A DNA stretch of 64,000 bases from a virus: positions 1-64,000 of IMG/VR virus record IMGVR_UViG_3300044908_000045, one strand, 5' to 3'. Positions 56,494 to 64,000 of the stretch are shown here, piece after piece. Below the pieces are notes generated by a model. It saw only the letters and a program-made list of their open reading frames with translations. It was not told the DNA's origin and made no database searches. The translations under genes and the position numbers were made by a program. Position 1 is the first letter of the stretch. Each line of letters begins with the position of its first letter.

Positions 56494-56754
56494 ATGGACC
56501 CGAAACTCGTTGCCCTATACGGACAGATTGTCACGTCAATCCTGACGCTCATAGCCCTGTTCGGTTGCCTGATCGTTTCGTTCTTGCTGCGAGACAACCA
56601 ACTCGAACTGCTTGTCGTGGGGGCGGTGATTGCCATGGCGACAACGGTCGTGAACTACTGGCTTGGGTCCAGTAGCGGAAGTCAGAAGAAGGATGATATA
56701 ATGGCGGCGCAGGCCGCAGCAGGGTCTCGCGAAACAGGAAGACCATCACCATGA
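56494..56754 (+). CDS. Putative holin
   Basis: Two TM segments and VNYWLGSSSGSQKKD motif. Confidence 0.7.
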   Translation: MDPKLVALYGQIVTSILTLIALFGCLIVSFLLRDNQLELLVVGAVIAMATTVVNYWLGSSSGSQKKDDIMAAQAAAGSRETGRPSP

Positions 56755-57089
56755 AGATGTATCCGTTACTCGCCTCCATCGCAGTCCTCGCTCTTGCGAC
56801 GGCGTGTTCCACGGCAGAGCCAGCACCTCCTCCGGCTGCAACATTCACGCCTCTGCCAGCGCCGATGCCGGCGCCACCCACTGCGGGCGAGATTCACCAC
56901 AGTGCATTCATGTTCGAGGTGCAGCATCGTCTGAAGGCGCTCGGCTACTATGAGGGACAGGTTGATGGTGCCAACGGACCGCTGACGCGCGCGGCAGTGA
57001 AGCATTTCCAGCGGGACAACCACCTAAATCCGACAGGCGTTGTTGACCAGCACACCGACTCAGCGCTGGGGCTCAGCTCAGGGAAGTGA
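56751..57089 (+). CDS. Lipoprotein with peptidoglycan-binding domain (PG_binding_1)
   Basis: LATAC lipobox; VQHRLKALGYY.GQVDG..GPLTRAAVKHFQ. Confidence 0.85.
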   Translation: MKMYPLLASIAVLALATACSTAEPAPPPAATFTPLPAPMPAPPTAGEIHHSAFMFEVQHRLKALGYYEGQVDGANGPLTRAAVKHFQRDNHLNPTGVVDQHTDSALGLSSGK

Positions 57090-57377
57090 GTGCGTCCGCC
57101 TTTCTCAATGAAGGCGCTGCGAGACGCGCATCGCCGCGTGGTTGCGGGGCGTGAGGGCTGGCGGGGTCGCCGCCGAACATCGAACCCCGTCTTCCCGTTC
57201 CGTCGCAATACGCCTGAACCCGAGCCTGAACCCCCGCCAACCAGAGACCTCGGCGGCATGGTGGGCTGCGCGATTCTGATCGTCGTCGGCGTGGGGCTTA
57301 TTGCCCTGATTGTCTGGGTACTGAGCCAGTATTGATTGGGTTTGCATGCGCAGCAGCAATGTGGTAAGAGCGCCGCC

Positions 57378-57530
57378 ATGGATCTGATCTTAATCGTCAT
57401 TGTCATACTGCTGCTTTGCGGCGGTGGCTGGGGGTACAGCCGCTATGGTTACGGCGGAGGGATTGGTATCGGCGGGATTCTGCTGGTGTGCCTAGTTCTT
57501 TACCTTTTGTTTGGGCACGGCAGATTTTGA
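57378..57530 (+). CDS. DUF3309-like small membrane protein
   Basis: LILIVIVILLL.GGGWGYSRYGYGGG. Confidence 0.75.
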   Translation: MDLILIVIVILLLCGGGWGYSRYGYGGGIGIGGILLVCLVLYLLFGHGRF

Positions 57531-57657
57531 ATCTTTGAATAATTCGCCCCGGCCGTCAAGCGGGGCGTAGGATGGCTCCACTGGAGCCTCGGTGTGCAGT
57601 GCACCCTTCACTGCACCCTTGTTGACCACCGCAATGGTGTCCGAGGCTTGACGGGCC

Positions 57658-58380
57658 TTGGCTCCGGTGGAGACTGTTTTGTCCTACGCTTTTTTAATCT
57701 GGACGAACCCCCGCACAGCGGGAACGACATTGTCTGCGGCACTGAAAGCGATTTCCGAACATCCTCCTGCTGAGGACGAGTGTTTTTGGTACCAACCCAA
57801 CGCTCGACAATTCTCATATATCTATGAGGACTGGTGCATTGACGGCGATCCGGCGGCACTCTACGAAGTGCTTAGTCGCCATGTGCTGATCAAGCACATT
57901 CCGGAGCCATTCGACGACAACTTCAATGCCGATCTGGCGCGGGCTGCCGAATATAATGGCTATCGGCATATCCACTTAGTGCGCTGCGATACGTTTGCGC
58001 GGCTGGTGAGTCGTGGCGTGGCCGAGCAACTCGACGAGTGGCACATCGATGTCAGATCGGCAAAGGTGAGCAAACTAAAGCCGCTTGACGTACCGCATCT
58101 GATCTCAGACTTGAGGCTTGATGCAGCACGCTGGGATGCAGTGCGACATCATCTCTCCTCAGTCCTGACCATCCGAACTGAGGACCTCGTCAGTCAGAAT
58201 TGCGAGCGGCGTCACGCGTGTTTTCGGCGCTTGCTGCGATTTTTAGAATTGCCGCCTGATGGGCTCGCGGCGCTGGACCAAGCATTCGCGCGCGGAGGTC
58301 ACAATACCCAAAGCGTGTGGCAACTAGTGCCGAATCTCGGTGAATTGCGCAACGCTCTGATATGGGAAGGCTCCGTATAA
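57658..58380 (+). CDS. Stf0-like sulfotransferase
   Basis: WTNPRTAGTTL PAPS-loop, IKH, IHLVR..RLVS, EDL. Confidence 0.7.
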   Translation: MAPVETVLSYAFLIWTNPRTAGTTLSAALKAISEHPPAEDECFWYQPNARQFSYIYEDWCIDGDPAALYEVLSRHVLIKHIPEPFDDNFNADLARAAEYNGYRHIHLVRCDTFARLVSRGVAEQLDEWHIDVRSAKVSKLKPLDVPHLISDLRLDAARWDAVRHHLSSVLTIRTEDLVSQNCERRHACFRRLLRFLELPPDGLAALDQAFARGGHNTQSVWQLVPNLGELRNALIWEGSV

Positions 58381-59489
58381 TGGCGCGCACATCTGATTTT
58401 ACTCATGAACGGCGAATTGTTCGCCGGTCGCACGCAGTTGCGCCGACACCGGCTAGTGTTGTCGTGAGGCTGATTGTGCAGGCAACGGCACCGCCAGTCT
58501 CAGGCAGCGGCATGGGGCTTTCTATCACGTCACTGATGACCGCTATCGTGCTTCGCTCGGCGGGTATCGACTGTGAGGTGTGGACTGTATCCGATGGCGA
58601 GCAACTACAGCAAAAGCTCCAGTCCTATGTCTATCAGACCGAGCGTCCGATAACTCATGTCGTCATCAACACGCCGGAGTTTATCGGCCCGCTTACTTAT
58701 GGCACACTGTCTGCCGCATGGCCGAACATAAATTTCGTCATGCTCAATCACACTGGGCTCGCGTACCTATCAATCGACCACGACGGGTGGCGCAACATCC
58801 GCTGGGATTTGCGGCTTCAGCGGTCAACCGACAACATCTTCGTAGCAGGAAACAACCCTCGCTTTGCTGCCAGCATACTAGCGCAGGACGGGGTTGCGGC
58901 ATTGTGGCTGCCGAACCTCTACGACACCTCGACGTTTCGGAAGCTCCGCGCTCCCCGTCCTTCCTACTCACCGTTGCGGATCGGCTCTTTTGCCGAGGGC
59001 CGCCCTTGGAAAAATCAGTTGGTTGCGGCACAGGCAGCATTGGCAATTGCCAGAACCCTCGATGCGGATCTGGAACTATATGTGAATCAAGATCTCTGGG
59101 CCGAGACCAAGGCGCTTTCGGAGGCGCGGAGACAGCTTTTCTATGGGCGCCCACGGGCTAAGTTGATAACGGTACCTTGGACGGACTGGGCCAACTTTGT
59201 CGATACCGTTGAGGCGATGGATCTGCTCCTCTACGCATCGTTCGATGAGGCGTTCGGCATGGTTCCAGCTGACGGGATCGCGGTCGGCGTGCCCAGCGTC
59301 ACCAGCGGTGCGCTGGAGTGGACGCCGCACACTTGGCAGGCCCCTAATGTGTGGGACCCGGCGAGCCTGACAACCGTTGGGCTGGCGCTGCTGAACGGCC
59401 GCCTCGGTGCGGTCCAAGCTGGTCAATCCGCGCTAGAGGACTACGTCGCGATGGGTACGAAGCGCTGGATCGACTATTTGACCGCCTAA
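58380..59489 (+). CDS. GT-B (GT4-like) glycosyltransferase
   Basis: LPNLY; RPWKN; MDLLLYASFDEAFGMVPAD..GVPSV. Confidence 0.75.
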   Translation: MARTSDFTHERRIVRRSHAVAPTPASVVVRLIVQATAPPVSGSGMGLSITSLMTAIVLRSAGIDCEVWTVSDGEQLQQKLQSYVYQTERPITHVVINTPEFIGPLTYGTLSAAWPNINFVMLNHTGLAYLSIDHDGWRNIRWDLRLQRSTDNIFVAGNNPRFAASILAQDGVAALWLPNLYDTSTFRKLRAPRPSYSPLRIGSFAEGRPWKNQLVAAQAALAIARTLDADLELYVNQDLWAETKALSEARRQLFYGRPRAKLITVPWTDWANFVDTVEAMDLLLYASFDEAFGMVPADGIAVGVPSVTSGALEWTPHTWQAPNVWDPASLTTVGLALLNGRLGAVQAGQSALEDYVAMGTKRWIDYLTA

Positions 59490-59503
59490 AAAGGAAGACG
59501 ACG

Positions 59504-60595
59504 ATGCCGATCCAGATGCGCAATCACTTGGCGCTGCACTCAAATTTCAAGAGGATACTAGCGCCAGCAGGGTTAGCGGATTCCCAACCCTTTGCCTGGA
59601 AAGTTCCCGACCTCTGCAAAGCCTATGGCTGGCCGACGAACATCGCTGGGGCTGGGGAGATTGCGATTGTCGAGCTTGGCGGAGGATATCTGTCGTCCGA
59701 TACCGACAAGTTCTGCCAGACCTACGGGATGCCGGTTCCAACCATCACGGATATTTCGGTGGATGGCACGGTAAATAGCCCAGGCATCTCCGATGCTGAC
59801 GGCGAGGTCGCGCTCGACATCCAAGTATCGCTGACGGCGTATTCATCTGCTACTGGCAAGCCAGCCAACATTTTTATGTACTGGTCACAGGACATTGCCT
59901 CTGCGGTGACGAAGGCTGCTGACGATGGCCGTGATGTCTGCTCGATAAGTTGGGGGGCGGACGAAAGCGCATGGGGAGACGCAGCACTGGTACAGATGGA
60001 GGCGGCACTGCTCTACGCGACATCTAAGGGGATGGTCGTTCTGGTCGCGAGCGGCGACAACGACGCAGATGACGGCGGGGGCATGACAGGTGTGGACGCG
60101 CCAGCGTCGTGTCCGCACGCTATTGCCTGTGGGGGAACCAATAAATTTCCGAACCAAGTCGAGAGGGTGTGGAACGACAACCCCGGTAACGTAGCCGGCG
60201 AGGGAACTGGGGGCGGGTTTTCGGCTTATTTCCCGGTTCAGGCGTGGCAATTGGGTCGCGCGCAGACGCCCCCCAAGGGGCTGGGCCGCATGGTCTCGGA
60301 TGTGGCGGCGGTTGCCGATCCCGCGACGGGTTATCTCGTTGTCATTGCTGGGCAGGTTGAGATCATCGGCGGGACGAGCGCGGTGGCACCCCTGTATGCG
60401 GGGCTGATCGCTTCCTGTGGGCGCAAGCTCGGCTGGATCACGCCAACGCTGTGGCAGAACCCGAGTTGCTTCGTCAAGGTGCCAGAGGGGAACAACGGAG
60501 TTTATGGCGGACTGGTGTGCTGTGGTCTCGGTCGACCGCGCGCGAGGATGCTCGCAACAGTGCTGGCGGAGGGGCGTCCCGTCATAGCAGTTTAG
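59504..60595 (+). CDS. Peptidase S53 (sedolisin/kumamolisin-like), catalytic domain only
   Basis: IAIVELGGG, EVALD, SISWG, ASGD, PAS.P...ACGGT, GGTSAVAP. Confidence 0.9.
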   Translation: MPIQMRNHLALHSNFKRILAPAGLADSQPFAWKVPDLCKAYGWPTNIAGAGEIAIVELGGGYLSSDTDKFCQTYGMPVPTITDISVDGTVNSPGISDADGEVALDIQVSLTAYSSATGKPANIFMYWSQDIASAVTKAADDGRDVCSISWGADESAWGDAALVQMEAALLYATSKGMVVLVASGDNDADDGGGMTGVDAPASCPHAIACGGTNKFPNQVERVWNDNPGNVAGEGTGGGFSAYFPVQAWQLGRAQTPPKGLGRMVSDVAAVADPATGYLVVIAGQVEIIGGTSAVAPLYAGLIASCGRKLGWITPTLWQNPSCFVKVPEGNNGVYGGLVCCGLGRPRARMLATVLAEGRPVIAV

Positions 60596-60905
60596 GTTCT
60601 GGCTGGCGCTCTGGTGCCGGCAAGCCTTGGCGGACACCATCTGCGATGTCCTTCGCGAGATCGGCCGCAAATTGCTGGGCTGTGATGTAGACCAGCGGTG
60701 GGCCAGATGTCGCTAGCCGAGCCGCAGCATCAGCGATCCCGGCGCACCGCTCCCGCTCCTCGGCGACTGCGGCCAAGATCGCCTCAGAGAATTCCTGCTG
60801 TTGGAACGGCCCCATCTCCTCGCGCGGATAGCCGTGTTTAATCGCGCCAGCCGCAGCCTCCCTCTGCGCCTGATTTACGCGGCGCAGTGCTTCTGACTTC
60901 GTCAT
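60582..60905 (-). CDS. Hypothetical early protein
   Basis: AAVAEERERC module. Confidence 0.6.
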   Translation of the reverse strand: MTKSEALRRVNQAQREAAAGAIKHGYPREEMGPFQQQEFSEAILAAVAEERERCAGIADAAARLATSGPPLVYITAQQFAADLAKDIADGVRQGLPAPERQPEPKLL

Positions 60906-61270
60906 GGCACCTTCTCTGGCTTCGGCTGGAGATCGGGAACCTTGCCAGAAATTATGTCGGCGATGTTTTGTGCCGTATTATAGCTAACGGCCAAATTGGC
61001 GTGGCCCCAACTCTCGGGGTTATAACGACGAGCCACCATCTCGCACCGTTCGCGCTCTTCGGCGACTGCTGCCTGGATAGCCTCTGCGATCGTGTCGGCG
61101 AACATGCCGCGTTCGGCGACTGTGCTGTGGTCCCATGTCGTGTATTTCAGTTCAGCGGAACACTTCGCCTGGTAGCGCTCCACGGCCGCATTAAACGCCG
61201 CATCGGCTTCCTTACGCGTCATGGCGCATCCTCTTCTAACGGGTCCGGCACCTTGTCGGCGTGTTTCCAT
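60902..61270 (-). CDS. Hypothetical early protein
   Basis: AAVAEERERC module; true start probably downstream of the listed one. Confidence 0.55.
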   Translation of the reverse strand: METRRQGAGPVRRGCAMTRKEADAAFNAAVERYQAKCSAELKYTTWDHSTVAERGMFADTIAEAIQAAVAEERERCEMVARRYNPESWGHANLAVSYNTAQNIADIISGKVPDLQPKPEKVP

Positions 61271-61638
61271 CGCAGTCGCGCCGCGATCTCACGAAAGTGC
61301 TGGACAGCGTTCGTGCCACCCTCGTACTCGGCATGATCGACGTGCATGCGGATTCGATCGATGACCGCGTGCGCAGCATCGTAGAGTTCGAGAAAGTCGG
61401 CGACCGGCACGGTGCCCTTCACGGCGCATTCCTCCGGCTCCGGCTGGCGGTCGGGCTCATCTTTGAACCAGCAGAACCGCTCTCGGGGCCAGTGAATATA
61501 TCGGTGGGTACCTGTTGCTTCATCTGTGTATTGCGACACGACCAACACTGAATTGCCGGCCGTCCAGAAGACCGTCTTAACGCGCTCATAGACGACCTGA
61601 ACGGTGCTATCGTCGCGATAAATTGTCAGCGTTCTCAT
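61219..61638 (-). CDS. Hypothetical early protein
   Basis: GGAGG RBS on the minus strand. Confidence 0.55.
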   Translation of the reverse strand: MRTLTIYRDDSTVQVVYERVKTVFWTAGNSVLVVSQYTDEATGTHRYIHWPRERFCWFKDEPDRQPEPEECAVKGTVPVADFLELYDAAHAVIDRIRMHVDHAEYEGGTNAVQHFREIAARLRWKHADKVPDPLEEDAP

Positions 61639-61842
61639 GGCGTATCCTCCGGCTCCGGTTGCGCGTCACGCTCAATGCTGTCGAGGCGCGCCCGGACTTC
61701 TTCAGTGACCGGCGAACCACATAGAGCGGCACTGGCGTCTCCAATCCTGGCCCAACTTCACGGTCAAGGCTGTCACCAGCCCACTCGGAACAATTTTTGG
61801 CGATGTAGGCGCAGCGGCGAGCAAAAAGTCGGTAGGTCAGGC

Positions 61843-62037
61843 TCATGACTTGTCATCCGGGTCTGGCCGCCCGCCGCCTTCGGATATCCCAGAGCCGGCG
61901 GTATCGCAGCACGACGCAATCCCGCTGCCCTGGCATTCGGGGCACGGGAGTTCCTGCGTCACAATGAACGAGCCGTCTTCCGACTTGACCCGCACGACAG
62001 GGAACTTGCCTCGACCGAAGCAAAGAGGACAGATCAC
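61843..62037 (-). CDS. Small CxxCxGxG zinc-finger protein
   Basis: CPLCFGRG..CPECQGSG. Confidence 0.55.
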   Translation of the reverse strand: MICPLCFGRGKFPVVRVKSEDGSFIVTQELPCPECQGSGIASCCDTAGSGISEGGGRPDPDDKS

Positions 62038-62300
62038 GGCTGCTTCTTCCGCGCGATCTCGGCGTCGTTAAGGTAATCTACTTCGGCCGAGGTCATGTTG
62101 ACGCGTCTTAGAATCCATTCCGCCTCCCTCATGTTCCGATACCGCGCCGCGTCGCGCATCATGGCGGCGGCGCATTTCATATGAAACGGGCGCGCGGATT
62201 GCTCTGCCGGCAGCATCGTTGGCCATTGACCGGGGTCACCCGCGAGGCTGTTGCAAAACTCTCCGCAGGCGTAACAAGGCTCATTGTGCCCTTCAGCCAT
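62034..62300 (-). CDS. Hypothetical early protein
   Basis: CYACG..; RDAAR..DAEIAR module. Confidence 0.55.
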   Translation of the reverse strand: MAEGHNEPCYACGEFCNSLAGDPGQWPTMLPAEQSARPFHMKCAAAMMRDAARYRNMREAEWILRRVNMTSAEVDYLNDAEIARKKQP

Positions 62301-62628
62301 TGGGCTTCTCCCGCGCGATCTCGGCGTCGATCGCTTGCCTTATTTCTTTTGGACTCTCGCCGCGCAGACCTATCCGCTGATGCTCAATGAGCCAATTCAA
62401 CCGCGCCGCGTCGCGCAGCAGGTCGTCGATGCGCGCGACTATGCGCCAGCTAGGCGGGAACCATCGATCCAGCCGCCCAGGCAGACACCAATATCCCTCC
62501 TCTTGGAGCCGGAGCGGGAATTCATTGTCGCTGTCGGCTGAGCGTATCCAATACCACCCCGACTCCGGGTTCGCGTCGTCATCCATCGGTTTTGGCGGGG
62601 TGCGCCAACGCTCGCCATCTTCAGTCAT
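62293..62628 (-). CDS. Hypothetical early protein
   Basis: PESGWYW; RDAARLNWL..AIDAEIAR module. Confidence 0.6.
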   Translation of the reverse strand: MTEDGERWRTPPKPMDDDANPESGWYWIRSADSDNEFPLRLQEEGYWCLPGRLDRWFPPSWRIVARIDDLLRDAARLNWLIEHQRIGLRGESPKEIRQAIDAEIAREKPNG

Positions 62629-62852
62629 TTACGGACCTTCTCCCGATATCCACACTTCCTTTATCGGCGATAGGCGGAATCTGGTGGTGCATGACGACGC
62701 CGATGATGGCGCATGCCGATGCGCAAAGCAGCGAAAACGGCACAAGGACGTTTAGCCCTACCAAGTAGTCGAAGACGGCGAACGCCACGGAGCCGACAGC
62801 GCACACCGCCATGAGATCGCGGTCGCGCCGGGGATTCTTCGATTTGAACATC

Positions 62853-63221
62853 TCACTCGTCCTCCTGGGTTTTGAGAGCATCACGCATCGCTTGGTCTGG
62901 GCTGCGGGCGACAAAGGCGGCGGCGATGGCGAACAGATCAATGTGGTACAGGCGCTCGAATGCGGGCTGGCCCACCTCATGTTGTTGGGTGTGGTGAGCT
63001 ACGCAGAGGGCAATTGAATCCCAGTCGGCTGGCTTTATTCCAGTTCCAGAGTTTGCGGCACTCCGCACATGCGCGACCTGTATGGGCAGGCCCGGACAAT
63101 TTGGCACGCAGCACTGGTGCGCCCGCACAAATTTCCTATGCCGAGGCCATTCGCGCGCGACTGCGCGCTCGATGCCTGATCGCGGGCGCACCCGCCTGGG
63201 CGGGAGCCGAGTGTAACTCAC
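62853..63221 (-). CDS. DUF968-like putative HNH nuclease
   Basis: HRKFVR...CCV..AHVR..GTGIKP.D...LC..HH.QQH..G. Confidence 0.8.
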   Translation of the reverse strand: MSYTRLPPRRVRPRSGIERAVAREWPRHRKFVRAHQCCVPNCPGLPIQVAHVRSAANSGTGIKPADWDSIALCVAHHTQQHEVGQPAFERLYHIDLFAIAAAFVARSPDQAMRDALKTQEDE

Positions 63222-64000
63222 CCCTTTCCCTCCAGTTTTCGCATTCTTGCGGTGAAGGCGTCGTGCCAGCGCTGATACGCCACGTCGTCTGAAATTGCTT
63301 GGATTACGCGCCCGTTCTTGCGCGCGAACGCGTTGCATCCCGCCAAGGTTTGCAGCTTCTCGTTAGCCTCGATCAGATCGGTGACGGTTGCGCTCCAATT
63401 CACTGCGCCCGCCAGATCAAGGCGCAGCGGGATTTCGGGAATCTCGACTTCACCAATATCTGGCGGCGTACCCGAACTCTTCGAAGGGTCTCCGATCGAA
63501 GTAGAGACGCCGTCGGAGTTCGCTAAAGGGTCGGGCAGCCCCTCTCGTCTGGCAGCCGGCGAGGACGACGAGGGTATGTCACCCTCGTCGTCCTGCGGCG
63601 CCTCACGCTCGGATGGGGGGTCGAGCGGAGCTGGGGGATCAGGGAGAATTGGGACGGGCATCGGTAGTGCGGGCGTGTCGTCGAGGAACGACGTGTCGGT
63701 CTTCACCGGCTCAGGCGGCATGTCCTCGACCAACTCGCGGATCGCCAACCCCATCAGGTCGTCGGCAAACCCATCGCTCGCGGGACGATGAAATGCACGC
63801 CACTTTAGCATCCTTTTGGGGTGTTGGGTCCACGGTTGGCGATGCGGGTCCATCCACAGCCGGGCGCGTTTGGCGTCGCCGACCGTGAACTCGCCAACAT
63901 AAGGCTCGTCTTGGTCTTTGCGTTTCATCGTGACGCGGACACCAAATCCATCACTGAACTTGCCGGTTTCGGTCGCCGCATCAGGTCGGGGGCCGATCTC
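63218..64000 (-). CDS. RecT-like single-strand annealing protein, C-terminal part (start outside window)
   Basis: FTVGDAKRARLW..PWTQHPKRMLKWRA; reading frame open to the window edge. Confidence 0.65.
   Translation of the reverse strand, partial: EIGPRPDAATETGKFSDGFGVRVTMKRKDQDEPYVGEFTVGDAKRARLWMDPHRQPWTQHPKRMLKWRAFHRPASDGFADDLMGLAIRELVEDMPPEPVKTDTSFLDDTPALPMPVPILPDPPAPLDPPSEREAPQDDEGDIPSSSSPAARREGLPDPLANSDGVSTSIGDPSKSSGTPPDIGEVEIPEIPLRLDLAGAVNWSATVTDLIEANEKLQTLAGCNAFARKNGRVIQAISDDVAYQRWHDAFTARMRKLEGKG

Noticed and set aside
1-64000. CRISPR array
   Set aside because: No regularly spaced identical direct repeats were seen.

Overview
This window is a ~64 kb segment of a GC-rich tailed-phage (or prophage) genome, probably infecting a proteobacterium (inference). 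It has four parts. (1) About 0.35-13.7 kb (+) is a dense translation/RNA island. It holds 30 tRNA genes read by eye, covering all 20 amino acids, many of them atypical. It also encodes a Pnk-type 3'-phosphatase, DUF4326, a Ro60/TROVE protein preceded by two Y-RNA-like elements, an HTH regulator and an HNH nuclease, plus several structured ncRNAs. The two most striking RNAs are a ~365-nt RNA that appears stitched together from the factor-binding motifs of 23S rRNA (GTPase-associated centre, sarcin-ricin loop, and H89/H91/H97-like pieces), and a ~360-nt RNA carrying two circularly permuted CCA-bearing tRNA domains downstream of a coiled-coil protein gene. (2) About 13.7-52.5 kb (+) holds podovirus-type virion genes: adaptor, gp10-like hub, and ejection proteins with a lytic transglycosylase domain. 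Many fibre/adhesin/glycanase-like proteins here unexpectedly carry signal peptides. The block also has a small ubiquitin-like/partner gene pair and free-standing homing endonucleases. (3) About 52.5-60.6 kb (+) holds small accessory genes, a lysis region, and a sulfotransferase-glycosyltransferase-S53 peptidase cassette. (4) About 60.6-64 kb (-) holds convergent early genes (DUF968, partial RecT-like). No capsid, portal, terminase or integrase was recognised. All calls come from manual inspection, with no database searches.
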